Positions 24,551-37,639 of a stretch of 41,941 nucleotides of DNA are shown in pieces. Position 1 is the first letter of the stretch. Every line of letters starts with the position of its first letter. Under the pieces are notes generated by a model, which saw only the letters and a program-made list of their open reading frames with translations, was not told where the DNA came from and did no database searches. The translations under genes and the position numbers were made by a program. The stretch spans positions 1 to 41,941 of the forward strand of contig NW_021835293.1 of assembly GCF_006345805.1 (NCBI RefSeq), read 5' to 3'. The stretch comes from Octopus sinensis. Taxonomy: Eukaryota.

Positions 24551-25383
24551 ACCTAAAATAAGCCAGAACTGACAGTAACAGTGGTAGCTTTAGTACATAA
24601 TATTCTACCCAAGTATGAGTTGCAGAATGATATATTACATGAACTTAGTTTAAAGAGGGTTTATTCCAAATTAATCTCCAGTAGTTTAAATGTTATAATA
24701 AATATTTTTACGCGAATTTAAAATAGAAATAGATAACGTATATTTAGCTATCTTTCTGATATACAATCGGAAGTGTACTTTGTGAAATACGTTTAAATAT
24801 ATGAAACTGAGAATCGTATGAGAAATCGCAACGAGCGCTTTATTAGCTCTACCGACACACGTGTATGCAACACAAAGTAGTTATAACTGCAGTGCATATT
24901 ATACGTCATACGGAACATTCGAGAAAACCCACGGTGATATGGCGTCTTTTTACCTATCGTCTTGTAATTTTAGCCTAACAGTGTATCCGTTTATCTCCCT
25001 TTCTCTGACTCTCTCTCTCTCTATATATATTTACATTCATATCTATGCGTGTGCATATATATGCGTATAAGTATGTATATGTGTGTATATATAGACATAC
25101 AGACATACAGACATGATTTTATACAGAGGATTACTGTCTGTCTATCGCTCTCTGACGAAACAGCTGATTACAGTTGAAACTTAATATCTTAACGCCGAGG
25201 TAAATCAAAGATTCATATTTATTTTAGTGTGAATCCTAATTATTTTTTGGGTGTATTATATTTGCTTGTATAACAGAATGCACCCTATATCTGTGGGAGT
25301 ATGTATATGTGTTCGTTATCTATATGTATACATACTACATACATACATATATATATATATATATTTATTTATAAATATTATAT

Positions 25384-25424
<41 letters not shown>

Positions 25425-25676
25425 TATATATATAGATTATAATATATATATGTATATATATATAATATACATACATATGTATGTATATGTATATGTATGT
25501 ATGTATATAATATAACATATATACATATATATATACATACATATATGCACATGCATAAGCATAGTTTATATACACACATACTTGAACACATACATATAAG
25601 TGCAAATAAAATATAATACGATGAAATTATGTATTTTGAGCGTATATGTGCATGATGTGTGCATGTATGTAAATAT

Positions 25677-25707
<31 letters not shown>

Positions 25708-25781
25708 CATAAACATATGTATGTATATATATATACATTATATATATATATACATATGTATATATAGTAGTATATATTATA

Positions 25782-25856
<75 letters not shown>

Positions 25857-26145
25857 CGGAGATAGACTCTCACAACATAGCATAAATGTTAAGAGAAAAA
25901 GAAATAGATAAAGACATGGGGTTAAGACAGCAATGACTGGTTAGAAGAGTAAAGCCCGATTGCGTTAACTCTGTTGTTTGTACAGTTCATGAGAGTCTAC
26001 TTCTTCCTCTCTAATTACGAAGGGCGTTGGCCAGAGATAACTAAGTATTAAAAGGAAAACGAAAATGAAAATTAGTTTGTTCTTCTTTGAGAATAACAGT
26101 CGTATAAGGGTAAATAATTCATTATCGTTATTTTTATATCATTAA

Positions 26146-26280
26146 GGCGGCAAACTGGCAGAAACGTTAGCACGATCGAGTAAAAGACATAGCACTATTT
26201 CGTCCGTCTTTACGTCCCGAATTCAAATTCGACCGTGGTCGACCTTGTCTTTCTTCGTTTCCGGGTCGATAAAATAAGCA
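26146..26280 (+). mobile_element. 5' part of an old family B-like SINE
   Basis: ggcggcaaactggcagaaacgttagcacg...ttcaaattc...gggtcgataaaataag. Confidence 0.8.
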
Positions 26281-26288
26281 TCTGGACT

Positions 26289-26570
26289 GTGGAGGCACAT
26301 GGCCCAGTGGTTAGAGCAGTGGACTCGCGGTCGAGGGATCGCAGGTTCGAATCTCAGACCGGGCGAAGTGTGTGTTTATGAACAAAACACCTAAGTTCCA
26401 CGCGGCTCCGGCAGAAGCTTAATGGCGAACTTCTGCTGACTCTTTCAGCACAACTTTCTCTTACTCTTTCCTCCTGCATCTTGCAGCTCATCTCCGACGG
26501 ACCTGCATCCCGTCCAGGTGGAGAACCTATACGCCAAGGAAACCGGAGCCAGGCATGGAACAAGCAAACA
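26289..26570 (+). mobile_element. SINE family C
   Basis: Homologous to 11156-11463; tRNA-like head. Confidence 0.92.
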
Positions 26571-26732
26571 CTGGAGTGTTTTACAATACGAGTATATTGT
26601 GTCTTTGTCTTTTTAACATTTTACCTTCAAATGATTATTTTTTTAATATTTCATTCTCATTTGCATGTTGTATTTTAATCAAACGCCACGCTTTTTATTG
26701 TTTATTATATATTGTTTCTTCCAATTCTCCAA

Positions 26733-27270
26733 ATCCTATTTTTTTGGTATTTCTTATGTGCTTGAATGTACACTGTATGAATGATGTATAGTCTATTGAC
26801 TAAATTTTTTCCTTCTCGCTAGACCACTGGTAGCTAAGAATTTTTTTGCGATAAATATTCTTGCTACCCTAAGATCTTAATTAATGATAAAATCTTTTTT
26901 GGTTAACACTGGAAGAAAATCGGCAATTTATTTATTTACTGCCGGATGAGTTCCGCATTTGCGCAGTGGATTAAAAAAATTAGAGCCTATAGATACGTGA
27001 GTGATTATTTATCGCTCCGTATCTATGTGTTTGGTCCTGGAAACCTACTGAAGACGCAGCGTCAGATATAGATTGAAATTATTGTATTTCAATCTGTATT
27101 TAAGTCTGCAGAAACCTTGCAAGGTCAAGGATAATAAGGTAAAAGTGTTTTTATTTTTCAATCACTTTCAGAATTACAACAATTAGTGGCTTGGAGTTTA
27201 ACTGCTCTTTCTAGTGAGTCAGATATCCTATTTTTTTGGTATCTCCTATGTGTTTGAATGTACACTGTAT
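26733..27270 (+). repeat. ~45-bp direct repeat at ~490-bp spacing bracketing a hammerhead; probable partial tandem Penelope-like pseudo-LTR
   Basis: atcctatttttttggtat(t/c)tc(t/c)tatgtg(c/t)ttgaatgtacactgtat at ~26733-26778 and ~27224-27270. Confidence 0.6.
27044..27130 (+). ncRNA. Type I hammerhead ribozyme motif with a long stem II
   Basis: CCUA-CUGAAGA(27048-54)-CGCAG...16-bp hairpin...CUGCA-GAAA(27111-14)-CCUUGCAAGG-UC/AAGG; stem III ACCTTGCAAGGT is a perfect palindrome. Confidence 0.7.
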
Positions 27271-27421
27271 TCTTATATATATATAAATTTATATAAATTA
27301 TATAAATTGTCCCTCTGTCTTATCTCATGGTGCGATATGAACGTTTAACGTGGTTTTTAGAGTCAGGGATTTGACTGCTATTTCGGCATGGTGGTGTCTC
27401 TCAGACATTCTTATTTTCAGT

Positions 27422-27460
<39 letters not shown>

Positions 27461-27893
27461 AAGTATATAAGTATGTATGTATCAAACTTATTGCAAAGAT
27501 CTTAAAGGATCTGGTAATAGGTCATATTTATTCTATATTCAGCAGTGAATATAGGAATAGATTTCTAATTATAATGTCACGTTCTAAATCCTACCATACC
27601 TGTTGCTAAGTCATACAGATCTGTCAGAAAATCTCCTACGCGGATTAATGATGTGAAAGAACAAAAGCTAAATCACTTACAGTTTCAGAAATGCTAAGAC
27701 ACGGAGGAATTTTACTTTGAAGATAAAAACGAACAAAATGCCTCTAAGCATTTAGTTCGGCATCCTAATGATCCTGTCAGATCGCCGTCTTGTATATTCA
27801 TACATTCAAAATATTGAAAAATCAGATTGTTCTGATATTTTGACAAGAAATCTACCGGTATTAAGGTATTTCAAGAATTATGAATACAAAATA

Positions 27894-28200
27894 TCTATTA
27901 TATAAAATCCGTTCTGTCTGTCTGTGCGTGTGTCTTCTAGGATCTCGGGCATCCTCCATCCGATTGAGCTCAAATTTGATATGTAAATGCCGACGGTATC
28001 AGGGCGTGTATAAGTCTTGAAAAAAATTACAAAAATCGATTCCAGGTGAGAATGCGATCGATAAAGCCGTGGGAACGTGCATTTGTACGCGCAAGTACAT
28101 CAGCTGTTGCGATCGATACTACGCGTACGCGAGAAAAATGTACGTGCAGTTTGCGCAAAAAAAGCCGGCTGGCTTGAAATAATGCCACAAAAGGCAGTAT
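27894..28200 (+). mobile_element. Possible 5' end of a non-autonomous Helitron
   Basis: A|TCTATTATATAAAA, then (tctg)n, then ccgattgagctcaaatttgatatg, resembling invertebrate non-autonomous Helitron 5' ends; 3' end not located. Confidence 0.5.
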
Positions 28201-29275
28201 ATTTAAGAGACCAAAAAAGTAAGAGGCAAAAGAGATATTTTCTTCAAACTTGGCATGAAGGAAGGGAAGACTATTTGGTTTCTCAAGATGCTTTTTTTTT
28301 TTGCCTTAACTTCGTTTAACAAAACCAAAAATTTTATTGAAATAAAGACATGCTTAATTATTTTTTAATGAAAAGAAACACTGATTGCTTTTTATTCAGC
28401 AGATATGATTCAGCATCGTCCATTGCACTGGGGGCGTTTTGCTCGTAGATAATATGATGAACAACATACGAGCTTCTTATTTGGATTATCTCTCCACTAG
28501 AAATAGATACCAAATGTCCCTCAAATTACAACATACCATATTTAACAAATAGAATAGTGCCAGACACACAGGCTAGGAAGACAACGATAGGCAGGCCTGG
28601 AATTCCTTTGATCATTGACATTGTTTCATCATGATTGACTCGGAACAAAGCAACGACAGCAGTAGCACCTCCACCACCCACACCCTCATCACCGCCACCA
28701 CCACCAACAACAACAACAGCAACTACAACAACAGCAGCAGCAGCAACTATAAGATGAAAAACAAAAAAAAGAAGCATAATAATAAAAAGTAATAAATTTA
28801 AAGATCTTTATATAACTTTCATAGTTTACGTTAATTTCTGTACAAATAAATGTTTCGTGGTTTTGTTAGTGTAAGGATTATATAAAATATAGGTTTAGGA
28901 AGGCGTATTTTATCTGCTTGACAGTAGTGTCTTTGTACAAGGCTTGTGATGGGTTAGTAGGCTGAGGTCAACTCGTAAAAAAGTTCAGTTTGGCAGGACA
29001 ACGATAAAAACAACAACCAACACGTTGTTCAAGAACAAAAGCTGCGACATTAGGAACAACCACGAAAATGGCATGATAATAATAGGCATAGAAAATTTAT
29101 TTCTGGCTTCTGGGTTATATATGTATATAAGTAGGTACGTGTGTGTACACACGCACACACACATACACACGCACAGACATACACAGACACACACACATAC
29201 AACCACCACCACCACCACCACCACCACCACCACCACCACCACTACCACCCAGACACATATAAATATAAATCTATA

Positions 29276-30140
29276 CGTAATCTGATCAATAAGTATCCGG
29301 ACTGTTGCCATAGTAACGAAGCTAAAGCACGCAGAGTTGAAACCGTTTCAAACAGATTGACCGTGACCTCTGCTGTGCATGCACAGTAGGTTTTAACATT
29401 CTAGCTCCCTTCCGCTGTTTCCAGCAGTGCATGGAAGGAAGGTGTGTAACGTGTGATCGTCGCATTGACCACGACAGAAATTTGAGCAGAGAATTTGCAT
29501 CAAATTTTGCCAAAAGTTTGACGATACCTGCTCAGAGGCCTACGCAAAGTTTACAAGAAGTTTTCATCGTTATCGACGCAAAGAGATCTTGTGCAAATGA
29601 AACCAATGTGTCTTCTTGGTCAGCCGAAAACAGCAAAAACTTGGCAGGCAAACGTCCCATACCCAAATATTCAGTAACTATGGACTGAACTAAAGCATAA
29701 CTAATCTGCAAATCCTCTGATATCTCACGGATGGTGATTCAACGATTTCCTCTCACAGCCGCATGCACATCTACGATATTTTTCTCACTTCTGCTGGTTG
29801 CGAGTCTTCCAGAACGTTTGCCAATAACGACATTTTTTCGGGCAGCTTGGAAACGTCTGAACCACTCAAACACTTGGGCGCGGTTCATACACTTCTCTCT
29901 CTATCATTTCCGTAAATTTGCGTCGGCCTCTGAGCAGGTATTGCGATAAGAAATTTCTCTGCCATGATCAATGTGACGATTACAGCCTACACGCCTTCCT
30001 TCCAAGAACTGCTGTAAACAGCGGAAGTGAGCTAGAACGTTAAAACTTAGTGCGCATGCAGAGCAGGGTGCAAATCCAAGCAGCTTAACTTTGCGTGCTT
30101 TCGCTACGGCAACAGTTCGAATGCTTATTGCTCAGATGCT
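29276..30140. mobile_element. Mariner derivative built from two inverted 5' ends
   Basis: TA-flanked. Plus strand EQRICIKFCQKFDDTCSEAYAK; minus strand CMNRAQVFEWFRRFQ...KRSGRLATS...ITIREISEDLQISY; ~290-bp diverged inverted arms. Confidence 0.88.
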
Positions 30141-30156
30141 TAGACTTCGTGTTTAT

Positions 30157-30250
<94 letters not shown>

Positions 30251-30506
30251 AAATAAGCAACAAAGATATCCAGAGGTAATGCAGTACAATCGTTTCACGC
30301 AACTCCATTTCATTAAACAATGCAACAACTACATCAATATAAATGCAGAGCAATCCTCAGCTGCACAAAGACATAGAATTTAACTAAATTAAAACAGATG
30401 GACACATTAGTATAATTTTGCCTAAAATCTCCGGGAAGTTAAGGAGATAGACAAAGAACATGCTGTCTTTCCTTCCACTTAGAAGCTAATAAGTTAACAG
30501 GAAAAA

Positions 30507-30620
30507 GATCAGAGATGCACATATCGTCAGCCACTAAGGGACATGGTCAACTGGTTAAGGTCAAACAACTGACAAGTAAATCTGTAGTATTGAGCAAAAC
30601 ATTTGCTGTAGCCCATCTTT
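30507..30620 (-). repeat. Partial copy of the ~550-bp unit
   Basis: Matches ~31860-31975. Confidence 0.9.
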
Positions 30621-30896
30621 TCTTCTTCTTCTTCTTCTTCTTCTTCTTCTTCTTCTTCTTCTTCTTCTTCTTCTTCTTCTTCTTCGTCTTCTTCTTCTTC
30701 TTCTTCTTCTTCTTCTTCTTCTTCTTCTTCTTCTTCTTCTTCTTCTTCGTCTTCTTCTTCGTCTTCTTCTTCTTCTTCTCCTTCTCCTTGTAGTAGTAGT
30801 AGTAGTAGTAGTAGTAATAGTAGTAGTAGTAGTAATAGTAGTAGTACTTGTTGCTGTTGTTATTATTATTATTATTAATATTATTAATATTATTAA

Positions 30897-30930
<34 letters not shown>
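30621..30930. repeat. Compound trinucleotide microsatellite (CTT)n(TAG)n(TTA)n
   Basis: Directly visible. Confidence 0.97.
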
Positions 30931-31459
30931 GAGTGAGAGAGCAGTTCATGCCATCAAAGTGACACTGGGGTAAAATATACGAAGCCCAATATACCCATCA
31001 TGACTACCCGTCTGATAAGGGTACACCAGGCACATGCATCACAACCATATGTGCGCGACATGGTGATCTCATATCAAGATAAACAGCACATGACCTTGCA
31101 GGTGGGGCTCAGTTAGAATTTTCTTCAGGTTGAGTAGCCCATCCCGCTCAAAAGGTCCCTGAATAAGGGTCATTTAAGGATGTTGAAAGAACCAACCATG
31201 TTTCCAGAGGTGAATTATTCAAACCCCAAAGAATCCCTCTCAACACATGCTCCCCCACTACTTCTGCTCATGATCAGAGATGCACATATCGTCAGCCACT
31301 AAGGGACATGCTCAACTGGTTAAGGTCAAACAACTGACAAGCAAATCTGTGGTATTGAGTAGAATATTTGCTGTAGCCCATCTTTTATACCAAGACAAAA
31401 CATGTACATGATAACACTTCCAATCAGTTAAGATCAGCCATGAAGCCACTGCCTGGTAT
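30931..31459 (-). mobile_element. ~530-bp non-coding unit flanked by (TAA)n, copy 1
   Basis: Highly similar to 31512-32067; strand inferred from the neighbouring LINE. Confidence 0.8.
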
Positions 31460-31475
31460 ATTATTATTATTATTA

Positions 31476-31507
<32 letters not shown>

Positions 31508-31511
31508 TATT

Positions 31512-32063
31512 GAGTGAGAGAGCAGTTCATGCCATCAAAGTGGCACTGGGGTAAAATATACGAAGCCCAATATACCCATCATGACTACCCGTCTGATAAA
31601 GGTACACCAGGCACATGCATCACAACCATATGTGCGCGACATGGTGATCTCATATCAAGATAAACAGCACATGACCTTGCAGGTGGGGCCCAGTTAGAAT
31701 TTTCTTCAGGTTGAGTAGCCCATCCCGCTCAAACGGTCCCTGAATAAGGGTTGTTTAAGGATTGAAAGAACCACCCATGTTTCCAGAGGTGAACTATTCA
31801 AACCCCAAAGAATCCCTCTCAACACATGGCTATGATGCCCCCCCACTACTTCTGCTCGTGATCAGAGATGCACATATCGTCAGCCACTAAGGGACATGCT
31901 CAACTGGTTAAGGTCAAACAACTGACAAGCAAATCTGTGGTATTGAGCAGAATATTTGCTGTAGCCCATCTTTTATACCAAGACAAAACAATGTACATGA
32001 TAACACTTCCAATCAGTTAAGATCAGAAGCCATGAGAGCCACTGCCTGGTACTGCATCAGGGC

Positions 32064-32067
<4 letters not shown>
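31512..32067 (-). mobile_element. ~555-bp non-coding unit flanked by (TAA)n, copy 2
   Basis: Tandem with copy 1, separated by (ATT)n. Confidence 0.8.
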
Positions 32068-32139
<72 letters not shown>

Positions 32140-32142
<3 letters not shown>

Positions 32143-34420
32143 CAGTTTTATTTTTATAGCGTGCTTTCACTTCACTACCGAGCACAGCTCTGTGTGCCTT
32201 GGGTATGTGCTGCGATTTGTTGTGATGCTCTGATGGTTATTGTATGGAAAGTGTTCTGCGTAGGATGTGTGCAGTGCCTAGTAGTGCAATTTTCTGTATG
32301 TTATATGTGTTTGTAAGTCCTGGTGTTTTTGTTATGTATTTGTCTGAATATTTTTTTATCATGCCTAATGCACCTACTATGATAGGAATTGTTTCTGTTT
32401 TCAGGTTCCACATTCTAGTTACCTCTATTTCCAGGTCTTTGTATTTTGAGAGTTTCTCCATTTCTTTTAGAGACACGTTGTCATCTGCCGGTATTGATAC
32501 ATCAATTAGAAGCATTTTTTTTCTTCATGATCTCTGACAACTATATCTGGTCTGTTGGCCTTAATTTCTCTATTGTGTGTATCGGCATATCCCAGTGTAT
32601 GGTTGCTTTCTCGTTTTCTGTGACCTTTTCTGGTGTGTGCCTATACCATCTTTTTTCTGTTGTTATTCCATAATTTGGCATAGCTTCCATGTATGTAGGT
32701 TCCAACTCTGTCATGTCTGTGAATATATTCCTTCTTAGCCAGGACTGGGCAGCTAGAGATAATATGATTTATTGTTTCTTGTCCATCTCCACATATTCTG
32801 CAGTTACTTGTAATATTTCTTTTCATTACATATTTTTGGTAATTTCTGGTGGGGAGGCTTTGGTCTTGTGCTGCAATTAAAAATCCCTCTGTTTCTGCTT
32901 TGAGTCCTGAGCTTCTCAACCATTGCTGGGATTTTCTTTGTCTATTTATTTTGCGTTTAGTTTAGTGCAGTATTTACCATGAAGGGGCTTTTCTTGCCAT
33001 CGTTTTATCATGGCTCGTTGCTGTTCTATTTTTAGTTTGGATTTCATTTGTTTTATAGCTTTTGTTGTTTCTTCATCATCATCTTCTTCTTCTTCTTGTG
33101 TTTATTAGGTGGTATGATTTCTTGTTTGTATTTGTCAGCTTCCTTAAATACTGAGAACAGTTTTTTGTTTTGCTCGTGTTTTGCAGCTATCTGGATCAGT
33201 TTTCCTTCCTTCTGAAGTAGGTATTTTTGCAGTCCTATGGTGGTTATTTTATAGTAGTTTTCCAGGTGTATAAGGCCTCTACCACCTTCTATACGTTGTA
33301 TATATAGTCTTTCTATGTCAGATTTTGGGTGATGCATCCTAGATCCTGTCAGTATTTTTCTTGTTTTCCTATCTATTTTGGACAGTTCATTTCGTGTCCA
33401 GTTAAGGATATTGTAGCTGTAACTTATAACTGGGACAGCTAAAGTGTTGATACCTATTATCTTGTTTTTAGCATTGAGCTCTGTTTTTAGTATTGATCTA
33501 ACTCGTCTATAATATTCTTTTTTTATTTTCTATTTGTTTTGTTTTTTATTTGTAAGTTTGGCTTTGGTCTAATTCTTTTATTTCATTGGTTTTATCTAGT
33601 GTGATGTTGTTACTCTTAACTAGTTTTCCTCTTTTCATGGTTACTTTGGCGCATTTTTCTAATCCAAATTTCATATCTATTTCTTTGGTAAATCCATGAA
33701 CTGTCTTTAATAGTGTTTCCAGCTGTTTGTCATTTGCAGCGTATAGTTTTAGGTCATCCATATATAAAAGGTGGCTGATCGTTTTGCCGTAACATTATAT
33801 CCGCATCCAGTTCTATTTAGCATATCAGATAGAGGTGACAGTGCCAAGCAGAAAAGGAGTGGAGAGAGCGTGTCTCCTTGGAATATTCCTCTTCTAATGG
33901 GGATGTCTTTGTTTTCATGAGTCCCTCTTTTGTTTGGAGTGTAGGACTGTTTGCCATTTATTCATAGAGTGCTCTATGAATTTTATGATTGTTGGTGCTA
34001 CTTTGTTAATGGCCAGTGTTTCGAGGATCCATGTGGGGGATGCTATCAAACGCCTTTTTGTAGTCAATCCAGGCCATACTGAGGCCTTTCTTCTTTCTGT
34101 GGCTGTCTTCAGTTATGGCTTTATTAATCATTAGTTGATCTTTACAGCCATATGAGCCCTTGCGGCATCCTTTCTGCTCTTCTGGGAACAGTTTGTTTTC
34201 GTCCAAGTGCTTGTTCAGCCTTTGCGATATCACTGCAGTAAATGCCTTGAACATAGTAGGGAGGGAGGTTATTGGTCTGTAGTTTTCTGGTTTTGTTGTT
34301 TCATTTGATTTGGGAATTAAGATGGTTTTCCCCTTCGTGAGCCATTCAGGCATTGTCTCTGGCTCTGCTAGTATGCTGTTAAAGTTTTCAGCCAGCTTTT
34401 TGTGCATTCCTGTTAGATAT
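32140..34420 (-). mobile_element. 5'-truncated Dong/R4-clade non-LTR retrotransposon (RT + CCHC + RLE endonuclease) in (TAA)n
   Basis: PENYRPIT, EQKGCRKGSYGCKDQL, WIDYKKAFDS, GIFQGDTLSPLLF, YMDDLKL, CRIC...HIISSC, RHD, RPD, E...KLSKY; several frameshifts; both ends abut (TAA)n. Confidence 0.95.
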
Positions 34421-34422
34421 TA

Positions 34423-34485
<63 letters not shown>

Positions 34486-34569
34486 GTCTTCGGTCTTTCA
34501 CAAAAGGTAGCAGAAGGAAAGAAAGAAAGAAAAAAACAAAAAGGGAAGAAAAGAATTGGGGAAAAAATT

Positions 34570-35398
34570 ATTGCCAAACAGTTATTATTTTGCAAACTCA
34601 CGTCATCCCATATTTATCTCCACCGCCGCTCTGATCATCCACATCATACACTCACATAAAATCCGAAGCCCCAGTTTTTGAGGATAAGATGTATTTGCAC
34701 AAACACTGAGGATTATAGGAAACAGGCGAATGCTTTTGTTCGCCCTTGAGTGTAAAGCGCGATCATAGCGAATTAAGATTAAAGGATATCGCGAATATCA
34801 AAGCTGAAAAGTGTAGGGATAATCAAACTTTCATGCCTAATTTTAGCAATCAGAAAAGAGCTCAAGGCCGAATTCCTTTAGTGATTAACTAGCACCGAAG
34901 TCACGCTGGCGTTTCAAAAGTGTTACATGACAGTTACCAACATATTTCAAAATATCTTCATTTCCGACAAATGTTTCCTCTTTCGCCTGTTGTAGCCTTT
35001 TAGACGTTATAGAAATATTAGAGAATTTTGACCATAACCTCTAATAAAACTCCATTGGAGTTTCTGAATGCTGCGCCCCACAATAAACCCGTGAGAGAAG
35101 TAAGCCCTATTCGTTCTGCAATAACATGAGTAAGAGCAATTCCATCAAGAATTATAACAGAGATGTTATGATTTACACACGAGGCACCTGTAAGACTTCC
35201 CATTTGGTGTATGCAGCGGGATGTACCATACACAAAATGATTTACGCTGGTTGCACAACAGAACGATACCAAAAAGATTTAATGGCCAGAGGTACGATGT
35301 CAGGCAAAATAACAGTGGTTCCACGGAACTTGCGGAGTATTTAACATCAAACGGGTGTAAATTTGAGGAAGCACTTTCAAAACCCATTAGGATAGATA
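34570..35398 (+). pseudogene. Penelope-like element remnant: RT thumb region plus GIY-YIG endonuclease
   Basis: CKLTSSHIYLHRRSDHPHH...QFLRIRCICT; GRIPLVIN; PVVAF-RRYRNIRE; TCKTSHLVYAAGC...IYAGCTT; KRFNGQRYD...ELAEYL; stops and frameshifts. Confidence 0.85.
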
Positions 35399-35653
<255 letters not shown>

Positions 35654-35660
35654 ATCTTGT

Positions 35661-35872
35661 GTTCATTCGATAATAGTCGCACTCTTCTTATTGTTTCTTT
35701 ACTTTTTTGGAGGAGTGACATAAATCCTTTAAATATTACCACAATGAAGTAGATTGAGATGTTTATTTTGAAATTGTGGAAGACACACGAGATGTCGAAA
35801 TATCGTTCATTCGATAACAATCGCACTTTTATTGTTTCTTTACTTTCTGGAGATGTAACACCAATCCTTTAG
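35661..35872 (+). repeat. Partial tandem direct repeat, 144-bp period; possible pseudo-LTR of the upstream Penelope-like element
   Basis: gttcattcgataa...tcgcact...attgtttctttacttt...aatccttta at 35661 and 35805. Confidence 0.7.
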
Positions 35873-35885
35873 ATATAATTATTAT

Positions 35886-36357
35886 TCAATGTTTGACTTT
35901 TGCTTTACATTTGCACAACTTGGCTCCAAATGTCACTCAAAGACCTCAAGAGACAACAAGTTGGAAGTTCATGTTGGTGTTATGCCTAGGGTGCCATATA
36001 TTTGGTTTTGTACTTAGTGTTGTTCTAGAGAATGTTTAAGAAACCATAAGAAAATTATGTTTGTTTTAAAACTTGAGATTACATAGAAAGTATTTTGCAT
36101 AGGATATGAGCAGTTCCCATGAGCACTATCTTTTGAATTTCTGCCATTTTGGGGGGTTCTTGGTATCTGAGTTAGGTAGCAATCAGCTCCTCTTGCTATC
36201 ATTCCCAGGGCACCTATGACAACAGGTATTGTTTTAGTCTTCGGGTTCCACATTTTGCTAATTTCTTTTTCAAGATCTTTATATTTGCTCAGTTTTTGGT
36301 AGGTCTTGATAGATACGTTTATATCGATTGGGACTGGTATATCAATGAGGAGGCATG

Positions 36358-36358
<1 letters not shown>
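35886..36358 (-). mobile_element. 3' end of a second Dong/R4-type LINE subfamily
   Basis: LLIDIPVPIDINVSIKTYQKLSKYKDLEKEISKMWN...IPVVIGALGMI; 3' UTR differs from the 32140 element; TAA repeats at both ends. Confidence 0.9.
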
Positions 36359-36426
<68 letters not shown>

Positions 36427-37094
36427 CATACACACACACACATATATATATATATACATATTTAGATATATACATATATACATGCATATATGTGTTTGCG
36501 TGTGAAAGTGTATGCGCGTGTGTATAGTCGCACATATACACACACGCACACACATGACTATCTCAGTGTGACTATTTATATATGTATATTTATATGCCTC
36601 TGTATATGTATATATATGCTTATATGCATATCTATCTTTTCATATAGATGTGTGTATGTGTGTGTATGTATTTGAATATTCTGGCGCTTGTGTGTATGTT
36701 TGAGTGCGTGTCTATGTGCATATGAATTAGCGTGTATACAGAATTAAGGGAGATATTAGAATGTATCATCAGGAACCAATGGAATCTAAGCATTTTTTCT
36801 GAATAATTTGGAATGGATTTGACAGAATAAGTAAAACAAAGTAGGCCAGGCTGTCACATCGTATAATTGCAACAAATTCTTTGCATTGAAGTTTTATATT
36901 CTGTTCCGAGCGTAAACTTGCGTATCAGTTCAGCAGAACGCTATTAAGTTGTGAAACCTAAAGTCTTGAAAATAATAAACACTGAAAGATTTATAAGATC
37001 ACAAATTAATACAATGTATTCTATCAAAAGAACTATCTGAGCCAATATTTATTGCGTAATTTTGAAAATGAATGTTAAATTAAATGAAAAACAT

Positions 37095-37500
37095 GGCGTA
37101 GGAGTGGCTGTGTTGTAAGTAGCTTGCTTACCAACCACATAGTTCCGGGTTCAGTCCCACTGCGCGGCACCTTGGGCAAGTGTCTTCTACTATAGCCTCG
37201 GGCCGACCAAAACATCGTGAGTGGATTTGGTAGTCGGAAACTGAAAGAAGCCCGTCGTATATATGTATACATGTATGTATGTGTGTGTATATGTTTTTGT
37301 GTCTGTGTTTGTCCCCCCAACACCGCTTGACAACCAAGGATGGTGTGTTTACGTCCCCGTAACTTAGCGGTTCGGCAAAAGAGACTGATAGAATAAGTAC
37401 TAGGCTTACAAAGAATAAGTCCTGGGGTCGATTTCCTCGACTAAAGGTGGTGCTCCAGCATGGCCAAGTCAAATAACTGAAACAGGTAAAAGAGTAAGAG
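37095..37500 (+). mobile_element. SINE family A, full length
   Basis: Complete head, body and tail. Confidence 0.95.
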
Positions 37501-37639
37501 CACGCAGGGGGCGCAAACCTCCACCAAAGCAACACTAACGTCCTCTCAACGATTAGCTCGAGAGGATTTTGAAAATGAGTATATCTGAAATGAACTCGAC
37601 TGCTCTCACAAACGAGAATACTAAATTTGTAGTTAATTG

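Noticed and set aside
25152-25185. CTGACGA...GAAAC motif
   Set aside because: No cleavage triplet with a complementary stem I downstream; probably truncated.
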